NCBI RefSeq assembly: GCF_009914755.1
Contig: NC_060929.1
DNA from: the human T2T-CHM13v2.0 reference genome, Homo sapiens
Direction: 5' to 3' (one strand)
DNA: 64,000 nucleotides
The translations under genes were made by a program, and so were the position numbers. Shown here one piece after another: positions 52,924 through 64,000 of this stretch. Each line of letters starts with the position of its first letter. The stretch's first letter is position 1. The notes under the pieces were generated by a model. That model made no database searches. It saw only the letters and a list, made by a program, of their open reading frames with translations, and was not told the DNA's origin.

Positions 52924-55900
52924 GAATTATGGAGTAATGTTATGCAGACGTGGGTGAGGCAGGCTCTATTGAAGTAGCTGTGGTTCAAGTAGACATTGAT
53001 AAGCATGTCTATTATTCTTCTAAGTTCCTAAGTCTCCACAGTGTGTCTAAATCAATGGTCTTAAGACTTTTCCACTATAACTCCTAGGAATAAATACATT
53101 TTATAATTTCATCCCAACATTCATATATGTGTTAATTATTGAAGCAATGCTTCCCCTTATTACATATAATACACTCTAATATTTCCTTTATTATTTCTTT
53201 CTATCACAATTCCTTCCATTAAATAAAAGCATCCTGGTCTTGGCTCACTAAAAAAAAACCAAAAAACAAAAAACAACAACCGACCAAACAAACTTTCCAT
53301 GTTAGAAGGATACTTTGTTTTTCCTACCTTGGAATCACCCTGCATATGCCAAGGGTCCATCTGTTCTTCAAACCATTCCTTTTCCCAAATAAATTGCATA
53401 TATAAGGATTATAAAAATAATAAATAATCTCACATCAGCTACATCTGCTTTTCTCTGTCATTTTTCACTTTAAAGAGAAGCAAGTCTGAGAGAAATGTTT
53501 GAGATTTTGCAAAGATTTGAATATGACATTGCGAATTTTCCAATGGTTTTTCAATTTTCATAGCAATTGGCAGAATTATGTCTCAATAAAGTAAAAAAGG
53601 AGTATGTTAATTCACATCTTAGCAAAAATATATAAAGTATATATTTGGGGAGAACCTGTTAAACATAGGACTAGGCTAGTGATTAGTACATTTGCATTTT
53701 CGAAGGAATTCTTAGGAATTTTGAATGGTTTCTGTAGAGCCTAGGTTGGTTGTCCCTTTAATGTCGTCCCACACAAGGTACCAGTGTTTTCAGACTCAGT
53801 TGCATATGTCAGAGTTGAGCTTAAATGTAATGTCTGTTGTGCCAAGGAAGAGGAGAGACAATCTCTGCCGCCGCTAAAAGAAACTGCTGACATTGTTACA
53901 TTTAAAATTTTATTTGTTTTCACAGAAATGAGCAACTTGTACAGCCATATTTGCCTTTTCTGGCTCATTGGCTTTTGATCACATCTCATGACTTTTTCAG
54001 TCCATGATATTTTGCTTACACTGAAGAAGCTGTAATCTTAAACATGCAAATGGAAGGAGGGTTGAGATCTCTTATAAACAGACTGTGTGATGGGGTCCAT
54101 CTATTTTTAAATGACTGCTGTGGAACATGGAACACACACATGATGGGAAGGGTGACTGTAGGGTGAGAGCCTGAGTAGAGAATAGGTAATGTAGTAATTC
54201 AGTAATACTCTCTGACTTCAGAGATATGAGACACAATTCCTCAAGGCCTGTTTAAAGAATAGAGAAAAACCTTTTATATTTAACGTATCATGCACTGAGA
54301 ACTGAACTTTAAGAGTTCTTGGCATTATGTTTTTCCTGTTGTTGTCTAACTCTGTGCGCCCTCAATTTCCCTTTATCCTTCTGAGAATCTTAATCTGATT
54401 TGTAGTGAAATTGACTAGAAGTATAGCCTTTGCAGTTCAGAGTTCAAATCCTGTTTTAGCCACAGACTAACTGTGGGACCTTGTGCGAGTGACCTGAGCT
54501 CTCTTGCCTTGATTCTCTTCCGTAAAATGGTAAAAACAATATTATCCACCACATGGACTCATTGAGATCGAAGTATGTGAAAAGCAGAAGAGATGTTGGT
54601 ATAGGGTTAACACTAAATGTTAGCTGCTCAAGTCATTATTATGGTGATGGTGGTTTAGCAAATTGTGTAGCCCACAGTTTTTTTTTTTTTTCATAGATAG
54701 TTTAAGTCAAAGTGGGCCAGTCCATTCTAACATGATTCTAAACTGGTTAAGTGCGAATTACTAAAATTACTAAAATACTCCCGAATTAAGGCTTTGACAT
54801 CCCCAAAGCAAATCACAAAGTAAAGTGTCTAGTTATGTATTGGGTGGTACTGGTGGAAGCACCATTATTTTATTATTGGAAAGTGGAGTGAAAATCTGAT
54901 ATGGAGGGAAGAACGCTGGATTATGATGAGTTGGATCATGTGCCACTAAGAAAAGTGTGACCTTGGGCAAATTATATGTCCTCCCTGAATTTTGTCAGCC
55001 AAATGAGAGTGGGAGTGATGAGACCCACTCTGTGCATTTCCCAGGGTTTTATGGGATCCAGTTAGAAGAAGCATGGGCACAGGAAAGCACTCTGAAAAGA
55101 TGAATGTGCTGTTCAGGCAGGAGGTGATGCAAGTTGAATGACAGAGCAGATTCCTGCCCATCAATCCTGTACTTCCGCTGGTTACTGTTCCAGCCTGGGA
55201 TGCTGGAGGATGGCCCGATTGCAAATTCCAGGGCACGCACATGGCCTGTTGATTGCAGCGGTGCCTGCTGTGCAAAAGGAGCCGGGGTGCATTTGTATGT
55301 GTCAGTTCCAGGTAGGCAGATAGCTTTGCTTTCGAAATACAAAGGCTTTCCTGGGTGAAATGGGACAAATGGGTAGACCCCAAATACTCCAAAACAGCAT
55401 CTGAGTGTTTGAAGCATTGTGCCCTTTGTTTTCTGAATGATACTCTAGTAATTTTGTGACAGTGTATTCCTTAGTCAGAGCTGCAGAGTTCAGCAGCCAC
55501 CCCCTAGAGCCCTGGCAAAGGCAGTTTCTGAAAATGCCAGAAGAGAGAGGAGTTAATGTACAAGATGGAAGAGCGAAAGCCCAGGGAGCCCAGATCCAAG
55601 CCAGGAGACTGTTTTCAACAACGTGAGTGAGAGTGTGCAAGACGCAGACAAACAAGGAGGACCAGAAATCGCGCCTATGCCACCAATCCAGACGCAGTAA
55701 AAAGAGGAGGTAGCCCTGTTGGGGTCCTAATCCATCACTCTTTGGAGGCTGCTCAGCCTGGCTCGGGCGGGGAATTCACGAGCCTGGCACCAGCCTCTCT
55801 GGGCCACCTCCCGGCCTTGGGCAGCAGAAGGGCCTCGGGCTGAACTGTGCTGCCTGGGCCCGCACTCCTCAACAGATGGCACTGTAAATCTGAAATATTC

Positions 55901-56864
55901 CACAGGAGAAAGACAAATGGGAATCCGCCGAGAAGTCTTGGAGCCTGGCATACGGAGTGGAATAAATAGAGGCCCAGCATCCTTACCAAGCCGTTCCTTC
56001 CTCCTGCTCTTAAATATCACACTTCTGAAGTCATCTCCCCCTGGAACTCCCAGCAGCTGAATAGGCTCATAAACACAGTGCTCTCTGGGAAGAGGGAAAC
56101 CGAGAACTGAGCTGGTTGCCCCTATGAATACAACCTACAGTTAGGTGTGGGGGTGTTTGCCTTGAGCTTTCAGATGATTTCACACTTACCCCACTCTAGC
56201 TGGTGATTCTGTGCTCTGACCCCCACCGCCTCGTCATTCAGATGTAAACAAGCCCTTATCTTCCCTTTCTGAAACATTTGTTGTCTGCAGGCCATACGTG
56301 AGGCACTGTCATGCATCCAGTCACTAGCCGTGTTTTCCTCCTTTATTTACCTCCTCTGTACCACAGGCTGTGCTAGAACTAAGGCTATGAAGATGAATAT
56401 GATGGTGTCTTGCTCTCAAGAAGTTCAAAGCTGGGGTTATGGATAGCCACTAAACAGTCTTACAAGGTCAAATAAAATGGTTCAAGGGCTCTCCCTGCAG
56501 AGTGAGAGAGAAGCTCTCCATATACCACTGAGATTCGGAGGCCAGGATTATCCTTTCAGTGATTCGATGAGCCCATTTATGACAACTTTCAATGGGGATG
56601 TTTTAGAATCTCTGGTTTGAGACTGATAGACGTGGTTTTTAAAACACATATTTAAAATGTTTCTATTGTACACGTGCAGAAGATAAGTTCATCTCTTACC
56701 CCCCATGTGGCAGCTTGGCCTGCCTCCTAGAATGCCAGCAGAGTTCTTGCCTCTGGAACTTCATGCACACCATTCCAGCTTCGCTGAATGCTTTGCCCCT
56801 GCTTCTTGTCTGGGTGCCTTGTTGCAAGCTTTCAGCTATCAGAGTAAATAGCATCTCTCCAAAA

Positions 56865-57100
56865 AGGCAGTGTGGTGCAGTGGTTGAGTGTGGACTCTGG
56901 AGCTGGTCTGCTGGGGTCAAAATTTGAACCTGCTAATTGCCAGCTATCTGTCCTTGGGCAAACTCCTTAATCAGTTTGAGAATTCTCTGTTAATCAGTTT
57001 CCTTATCTTAAAAATGTAGGCTATTATGTGTCTACCTCATAGGATTGTTAAGAAGTTTAAATAAGAAAATATATGTACTCAGAGCAATACTCAATACGTA
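56865..57100 (+). mobile_element. MIR
   Basis: aggcagtgtggtgcagtggttgagtgtggactctggagc...ccttgggcaaa...tctacctcataggattgtt. Confidence 0.8.
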
Positions 57101-57129
57101 TTAACTTGTATTATTCCCTAACATACATC

Positions 57130-57380
57130 AGTTGGTTCACTCATATTATTCTCTATTATCTTCTCTTTTAGTTTTCAACATAGGATTTACCACACTAGGT
57201 AATTATGCATGTATTTATTTACTTGTTAATTATCTGTCTTCCCTGGTAAAGGCTAAGCTTCCTAAGGGCAGATCTTTGGTTCTTTTATTTACCAAACTAT
57301 CCTCAGCTCTGTATCTGGATACCTCAGTATTGTACCTGGATATAGTAAATGCTCAATAAATATTTGTTGAAGAAGTGAAT
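57130..57380 (+). mobile_element. L2 3' end
   Basis: gtacctggatatagtaaatgctcaataaatatttgttgaa. Confidence 0.7.
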
Positions 57381-58841
57381 TAATGGAGAAATCGAAGCTC
57401 CACCCAAATATTCTTGAGTAGAGGGTATATACGGAAGATACAATTAGAGAACATTGTAATGGGTATGAGTTTTAAAAAATGGGGGGTTGATCTCTGAAGT
57501 ATGGGGCTTAGAAATCGTTGTGTCTTGGTTTCCTAATAATGGGAAGTTCTGTTTGCCACAGATTCCCCCAGTTTTTGACATGTTGAAATAGTCTTCCGGA
57601 CATATTCCACTGGGGCAATTGTGAAACATAGCATATCACCAATGGGAAAAGGATGTCTATAGGAAGGTGGGAAGGTTGTATTAAATCTTCCTAATGAAAA
57701 TCAATAGCCTAAAAATTAAATTAAGTTGATGCAACTAACTATTCAATCCAACTTGCTCATTAGCGAAATCACCCAATCTATTGCAGGGATCCCTGTTGCT
57801 AAGTTGCCTCAAGAAACAAATTGATTAATAGATTTTCTTTTTTTTAAAGGCCTTTCAAGTAAGCGGGTCAGGTAGCTACGATTTCACTATGGCCACTCTA
57901 GTCAGCAATAGCTGTGCAATTTGGTTCCAAACACCCAATTTATAGATTGGTCCAAGCCCCATGGAATCAAGTGTTTGGGGGACTTTGAAAGCCCCCAAGA
58001 TAGTATTGTCATTAACTATCCTTAAGGCATTTGTGGTCAAGAAGGGAAACAGAAAGCATTGCTAAGAAGCAAACACTTGCCCATTTTCTTCAGTGAAATA
58101 AGAACTGGGGCCAACACACCATACTCCCCTTGTTTCCATATACTCTCAAAACCCCAATGTGTATTAAAATCATTTGTGAACATCAGTAGTTTTCTGACAA
58201 GAACTTCTTACATGGAGATGTTGGTTGGGAACCAGCAAAATATAGTCATATGCTGATTGGTGGTCTGGAAATAACCAAGAAGATGACAGTGAAACCCAAA
58301 GGCTGAAATTTGATATGGAAAAGTCTATTTTTGATAACTGAGACTTCTCTTTTTAAACTTAACTAAGTCTTGAACTGTCTACTTCATCTACTTAAAGTAC
58401 CAGCATGACTTTACAGGTTTATAACATTAGGACAGTAAAACTAAAATATTGACCTATCTATCTAGTTTAGTGTTTGTGTGTGTGTGAGTGCATATGTGTG
58501 TGTGTACACTGCATACACATAGTTGTGGTACGTACTGTAGACCAATATAGTAAGTATATATAAGACCAAGGAGTAAGGATGGCCGAAAAAAAATCCCAAG
58601 ACTCTACAACAGAGGATGCCCAGAGCTAGGTGCCTCCAGGATCCAGACGAACTTAATTTTATAAGATAAAACATTATCAAAAACCATTCCAGAAATTAGA
58701 GTTTTCCTCTGCATCTCCAGGTATAGTGGAAAGTCAATAAATGGCAAACTGAAATTTTAACCAAAGAAACTTGAAAAATGTACTGAGGTAGCTTTCTTTA
58801 AATAATGGATAGCATCAGGTGCCTTTTAAAGCTGGAATATC

Positions 58842-59132
58842 GGCCGGGCGCAGTGGCTCACTTCTGTAATCCCAGCATTTTGGGAGACTGAGGCGGGAGG
58901 ATTGCTCGAGGCCAGGGGTTCAAGACCAGCCTAGGCAATATAGTGCAACCCTGTCTCTACGTAAAAAATTAGCTGGGCATGGTGGTGCGTGCTTGTAGTC
59001 CCAGCTACTCAGGAGGCTAAAACATGAGGATCACTTGAGGTCAAGGCTGCAGTGACCTATGATTGTGACACTGCATTCCAGCCTGGGTGACAATGTGACA
59101 GGATGAGACCCTGTCTCAAAAAAAAAAAAAAA
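58842..59132 (+). mobile_element. AluJ
   Basis: ggccgggcgcagtggctca...gggaggattgctcgaggccagg...gtcaaggctgcagtga with poly(A). Degenerate TSD aaagctggaata / aaagttgaaata. Confidence 0.92.
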
Positions 59133-59317
59133 GTTGAAATAGATTTTATGAGGCTCAACTTTTTTTAACTTTAATAAACTTTAAAATATTTAATAGTTTC
59201 TGACAGAAAAGCTGTAAGAATATTCCAGAGGGTTCCCGTTTACACCATACTCAGTTTGCCGTATTGTGAACATCACTTTGGTACACTTGTCACAACTAAT
59301 TAACTAATACTGATACA

Positions 59318-59430
59318 AAATCTCCTCATTTTGCAGATGAGAAAACTGAGTCCAAAGGGGTTAAGTGATTTGCTCAAGGCAATGGCAGAGGAGGAACCAG
59401 GACCCAATTTTCTCAACTGTGAGCCAAGGT
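59318..59430 (-). mobile_element. MIR fragment
   Basis: cattttgcagatgagaaaactgagtcc...ggttaagtgatttgctcaagg. Confidence 0.75.
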
Positions 59431-60139
59431 CTCTTTTTAATAAACTGTGTTTCTCTATCTTGTGATTTCATATTCTTCTCTTTTGTTACAGATGAGCCTT
59501 TAGAAACAAACTTAGTTCAGAAATTCAAGGTGTGAAGCAGATAAAAGCAGAGCCACATTCTGGTTGAAGTACACCCTCTCCCCATCACACTCCCTCCCAT
59601 GGGGCACCCGAGGCATCTTCCAGTGACTCTTAGGGATCAGAGGAAGGGAGTTTGGCAACCTCTCCGCAGTTTGATTGCAGAAGTTGTTATAAGTTTACCA
59701 TCTGGCACCATCTGCCCGGTGAGGCTTGAGGTGGGGCTGTGACAGAATAAATCAAGAGGCAGCCCGAGAAGGGAGGCAGATCAGGTATACAGTTCAGTGG
59801 TGGGTTGTGCTATTTCATAAGAAGCATTTTCTTAACCCTTTGATATTAAATTGATTAAAGAAAGGAGTCCAATGAACATCTTTGAGTTCATACAACTCTC
59901 CTAGTTGCATCTTTAGCATTATGTGTTCCGAGGGTAAGGGGGAGATTGGTTGAAAGCAATTTTGAGTCCTCTGCAATGTGTCTACCTAGCTGACTGTGCC
60001 TTTCTCCTTCCTAAGACTACAAATGACTTCTTCACCTTTTTAGGTTTTTCCTTTTACCAGTGTGGACTAGAGGAAAAGTGATCGACAAAGAGGCAAGGAG
60101 AGAATGACAAACAGGAGGTATGACATAGGCCTCACGTGG

Positions 60140-60390
60140 GAGCTCGGAATCAGAAAATTTGGAGTTCAAGTGCCCAGCTTTGCCTTGTACTATGATAACT
60201 GTGTGATTGTGAGAGAATTATTCAACCTCTATGTGACTCAGTTTCCTCATCTGTAAAACAGAAGTGGTAATCATGGCAACTGCCTAATATGTTGCTTTAA
60301 GAATTAGGTGAGAGAATGCATCTAAACTGTTTTGCCCCGGGGCCTGGGACATTATCAGGACTTCATAAACATTGATGGTTATTACTTTCA
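60140..60390 (+). mobile_element. MIR
   Basis: ttcaacctctatgtgactcagtttcctcatctgtaaaaca. Confidence 0.75.
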
Positions 60391-60667
60391 TTAGTACCAT
60401 AACTGTCTGTATTATTACCAAGAAGGGAGTTAAAGCCCGAAAATGCATAAGTAATTGTTCATAGGGCAAACCTATCAATCTTCTGCTTTTAGTGCCTTCC
60501 CTAGAATGCTCACCTTTTCCAAAGTACTTGCTGTTTCCTTTGCATCTTTTTGATGATTTTAAAATTTAATAATAATGTAACAACATCTCTCATTCATATA
60601 GTGTGGTTAAGTTGCCAAAGAAGTTTAACTAATTTTATAAATTTTTTTCAAAAGAGAAACATTTGAT

Positions 60668-61278
<611 letters not shown>

Positions 61279-61314
61279 GACTTTCAGCAATTTTTAAAAT
61301 CAGTAATTTTTTAA

Positions 61315-61500
61315 GGAAGTATTTATGGAGTGCCTACTATATGTCGGCACTGTTGTAGGCCTTGGAACACAAAGCAAACAGCCATGCCCTGAGGCTTATC
61401 TACATCTAAGATAACATGATAGTAAATTATATTATATGTTGGAAGGTGGTTAAATGCTATGGAAAAAGTAGGGCAGGGTGAGGTGAGTTGGGAGCACAGA
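61315..61500 (-). mobile_element. L2 3' fragment
   Basis: aagtatttatggagtgcctactatatgtcggcactgttgtaggc...aaatgctatggaaaaa. Confidence 0.6.
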
Positions 61501-64000
61501 GGCTGGGTTTTGTTTAGTTCTGTTTTTATTTACCAAATGTGACCTCCTAAGAACTCCTGGAGCTCTATGGGGCAGGCTCAGTGTCTGGAGAAAGATCACT
61601 GGATGCTGAAATTGCTGGTCTTTCAACTTCTGCTTCCGGAGTCTCTGTTCTATTCTCGTCCAATTATGGGGGCCAGCTTTCCCTGCTCTAGCCTCCTGGC
61701 CAGCCTGGCTAGTCTACTCTCCCACACAGCCTCATTCCTGCCTGCTCAAGGGGTCTGCCACCAATCTCAGCAGATCCATTCTTTTTGACAGGTCACAACC
61801 AGGCCCACCTAATTATTCCCACCCATAACCCAGCCAGAGGCAGATGAAAAATAACATTCTAGAGCATGGGTAATTCCCCTCCTCCCTGTGATTTTCTATG
61901 ATTCTATGGGCAAATGAGGGGACTTCATCTGGGTGTTAAGTGGAGGCCCCTGGGTTTTCTAACCCCCTCTTCTAGGAATTCCAGCTTACATTCCCAGGTG
62001 AGCTGCCAGAACACTCAAGCCCAAGGTAGCATTATCATTCATCTCCCAAACAGGGCTTCTATTAATGTGTCACTGAAACAACCCATTTTCTTATACCAGT
62101 CCCCACCCCTTTGATATACTGGACATGTGTCAGAAAAATCAGAGGCCATCCATATCTTATCTTACATTAGGAAGAGTCATGTAGAAATGTCCCTTCATTA
62201 CCAGGACAGTCATGTCAAAAAGAATCGACTTATTGTCAACGTTTCTAACCTAACAATGTTAATGGAGACTTTAGACATCCTTTCTCCTCATTTGTTTCTT
62301 AGATGCCTATCAAGGAGACAGTTGCAAGAGTTTCCAAGCTCTGGGGAGCCCTGTGTATGGGTATTAAATGACAGCACTCAAGGCTGCTTATTATAAAAGG
62401 ATGCAGGGGTACGTTGGAGGATTGAGATGGTGGGGAAAAGCGTGCTTTTGGCATGGTGCCAGGGTGGTGAGTGACTCCAAGCAAGACTTCAGGCTCCAAA
62501 GATAGCTATTGTTTCTCCCTCTTCTGCTCTCTCCTTCACAATTTCCTGGCACCGTGTAACAAATATATTTACCGAGTGAAGGCAGCTGTTAAGACAGTGC
62601 CCAGCAGTGTTTAAAATACCTTTCTCTCTCAATTCATACATGGAGTCACTCTTTTTTTTTTTTTTTTTTTTTTCACCCTCTGAGGCAGAGGAGGCTATAG
62701 GGGAAGACAGCATTGGCTGGAGAATTTTCTGGAGCTCTCAGAAACTACCTAGCACTGGGCAGGAGGATTTTCAGGTCAGGGCCGACCTTTGAGGAACCAG
62801 CTCCCTCCCAACATGCCGGTGGCCAGCCAGTGCTGATCAATAGTAACGAGATGACAGGTTGATATTAGTGAATAAAGCACCAAGCCATTTCCCCTGTAGA
62901 AGTTACACAAATGCCTTGTCCTAACAGCATGAAACTATTGGAATTTTTCTAGGAAATGCCCGTGGGCTCTTACAGTAAATCTCTTTTGAGTATGGATAAT
63001 TCATTCTTCTTTCTTTTAAAGCACAATGAACGTGCTCCTTAGGTCTGTGGTTCTCATTAGCCCTACTCATAGGTGGTTGAACTCTGCCTAGTCAGCATGA
63101 TTCAGAAAGACACAGCTATCCGTGGCGTGCAAAGTACTTTCATATCCTTCAGTGGGTATTTGCCATTGGGGGACTGCTCAGCACCCACATAATCCTTCAA
63201 CCTGGGGGATGGAGGAAGGCAGTGCTTGCCTCCCACTTTGGAAACTGACAGTGTCTCGATTTCCCTCTCCCCAACCCCTGGCAGCTGGAGAGTGGACTCA
63301 TGATCTAGGCTCAGACAACTGGATGTTCCTCTCTGGGCCTTTGGGTTGTGAGCCAGGATGTAAATTTGGAGGGAATCAATTATTCCTGGTGGTGGCTGCA
63401 ACTTTCTGTGGTGAGGGCCTTGGTATCTAGCAGTGACTACGTTCTCTGCAGGCGTTCCTTTTGCAAGTAGCTGTGAGGCCCTTGGATACTGTGTGTTTTC
63501 CAGCCTTTGGGTTGGTAGTTTGAGTAACCCGATAAACTTCTAAAAATACCTTCCTGCTTCAGTTATCCAGAGTTGGATTCTGACCACTAGAAATGCTTTA
63601 TCTTATTGAAGTCCCATTCAGCACAGAGGGTGTAGGAGGCCAGATATCCGTTTCTAAAGGACAAAGCCGAGGCTCAGCAAGCCCAGTGACTGGCTCACAT
63701 TTTTGCCAGGCAGAGACAGAATTGAGATTTGAAGTGAGTCTGTGGGATCCGTGGGGGTGGGCCCATGTCTTTTTTAATGTAATATGTCCAGGACCTGGCA
63801 AAAGATCTTGCAGGAAACAGACTCGTGAGAATAATTCGACTCCATATTCAGCCTGCAGGGTATATTATTATCTCTATTTGGTGGGTGAGAGACTATGTTC
63901 TACAGTATATCAGGGAATTTCTGATATGAAAATGATAGCTCCAGGCTGGACCCCAATTGTAACTGGGCCTATTTTTCTCTCCAAATCGATCCCATCATTC

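Overview
This is primate (very probably human or great-ape) non-coding genomic DNA, either intergenic or within a large intron. I cannot name the locus. No host protein-coding gene, tRNA, rRNA or CRISPR array is supportable. The only long ORF (1049-2485) is the C-terminal part of LINE-1 ORF2p in a 5'-truncated L1PA2-like insertion. Much of the window is interspersed repeats: young and old L1s, ten Alus (most with readable target-site duplications, TSDs), a near full-length Tigger1, a MER57-type solo LTR, MLT1/MLT2 LTRs, MER20/MER58/MER63 DNA elements, MIR and L2. Subfamily calls come from recalled consensus sequences, not a database search. Three signals are not explained by repeats. (1) A 217-bp near-perfect palindrome at 46504-46720 has 100-bp arms and a 17-nt loop, a 10-bp direct repeat suggesting a templated inverted insertion, and a second micro-palindrome 320 bp away. 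(2) A motif cluster at about 50790-50945 contains a perfect DR2, a palindromic double PBX-HOX site, and HOX/CDX and MEIS-like sites. (3) A frame-preserving 72-nt candidate exon lies at 35025-35096. I do not see evidence for a new multi-gene system; these are candidate non-coding elements that need testing.
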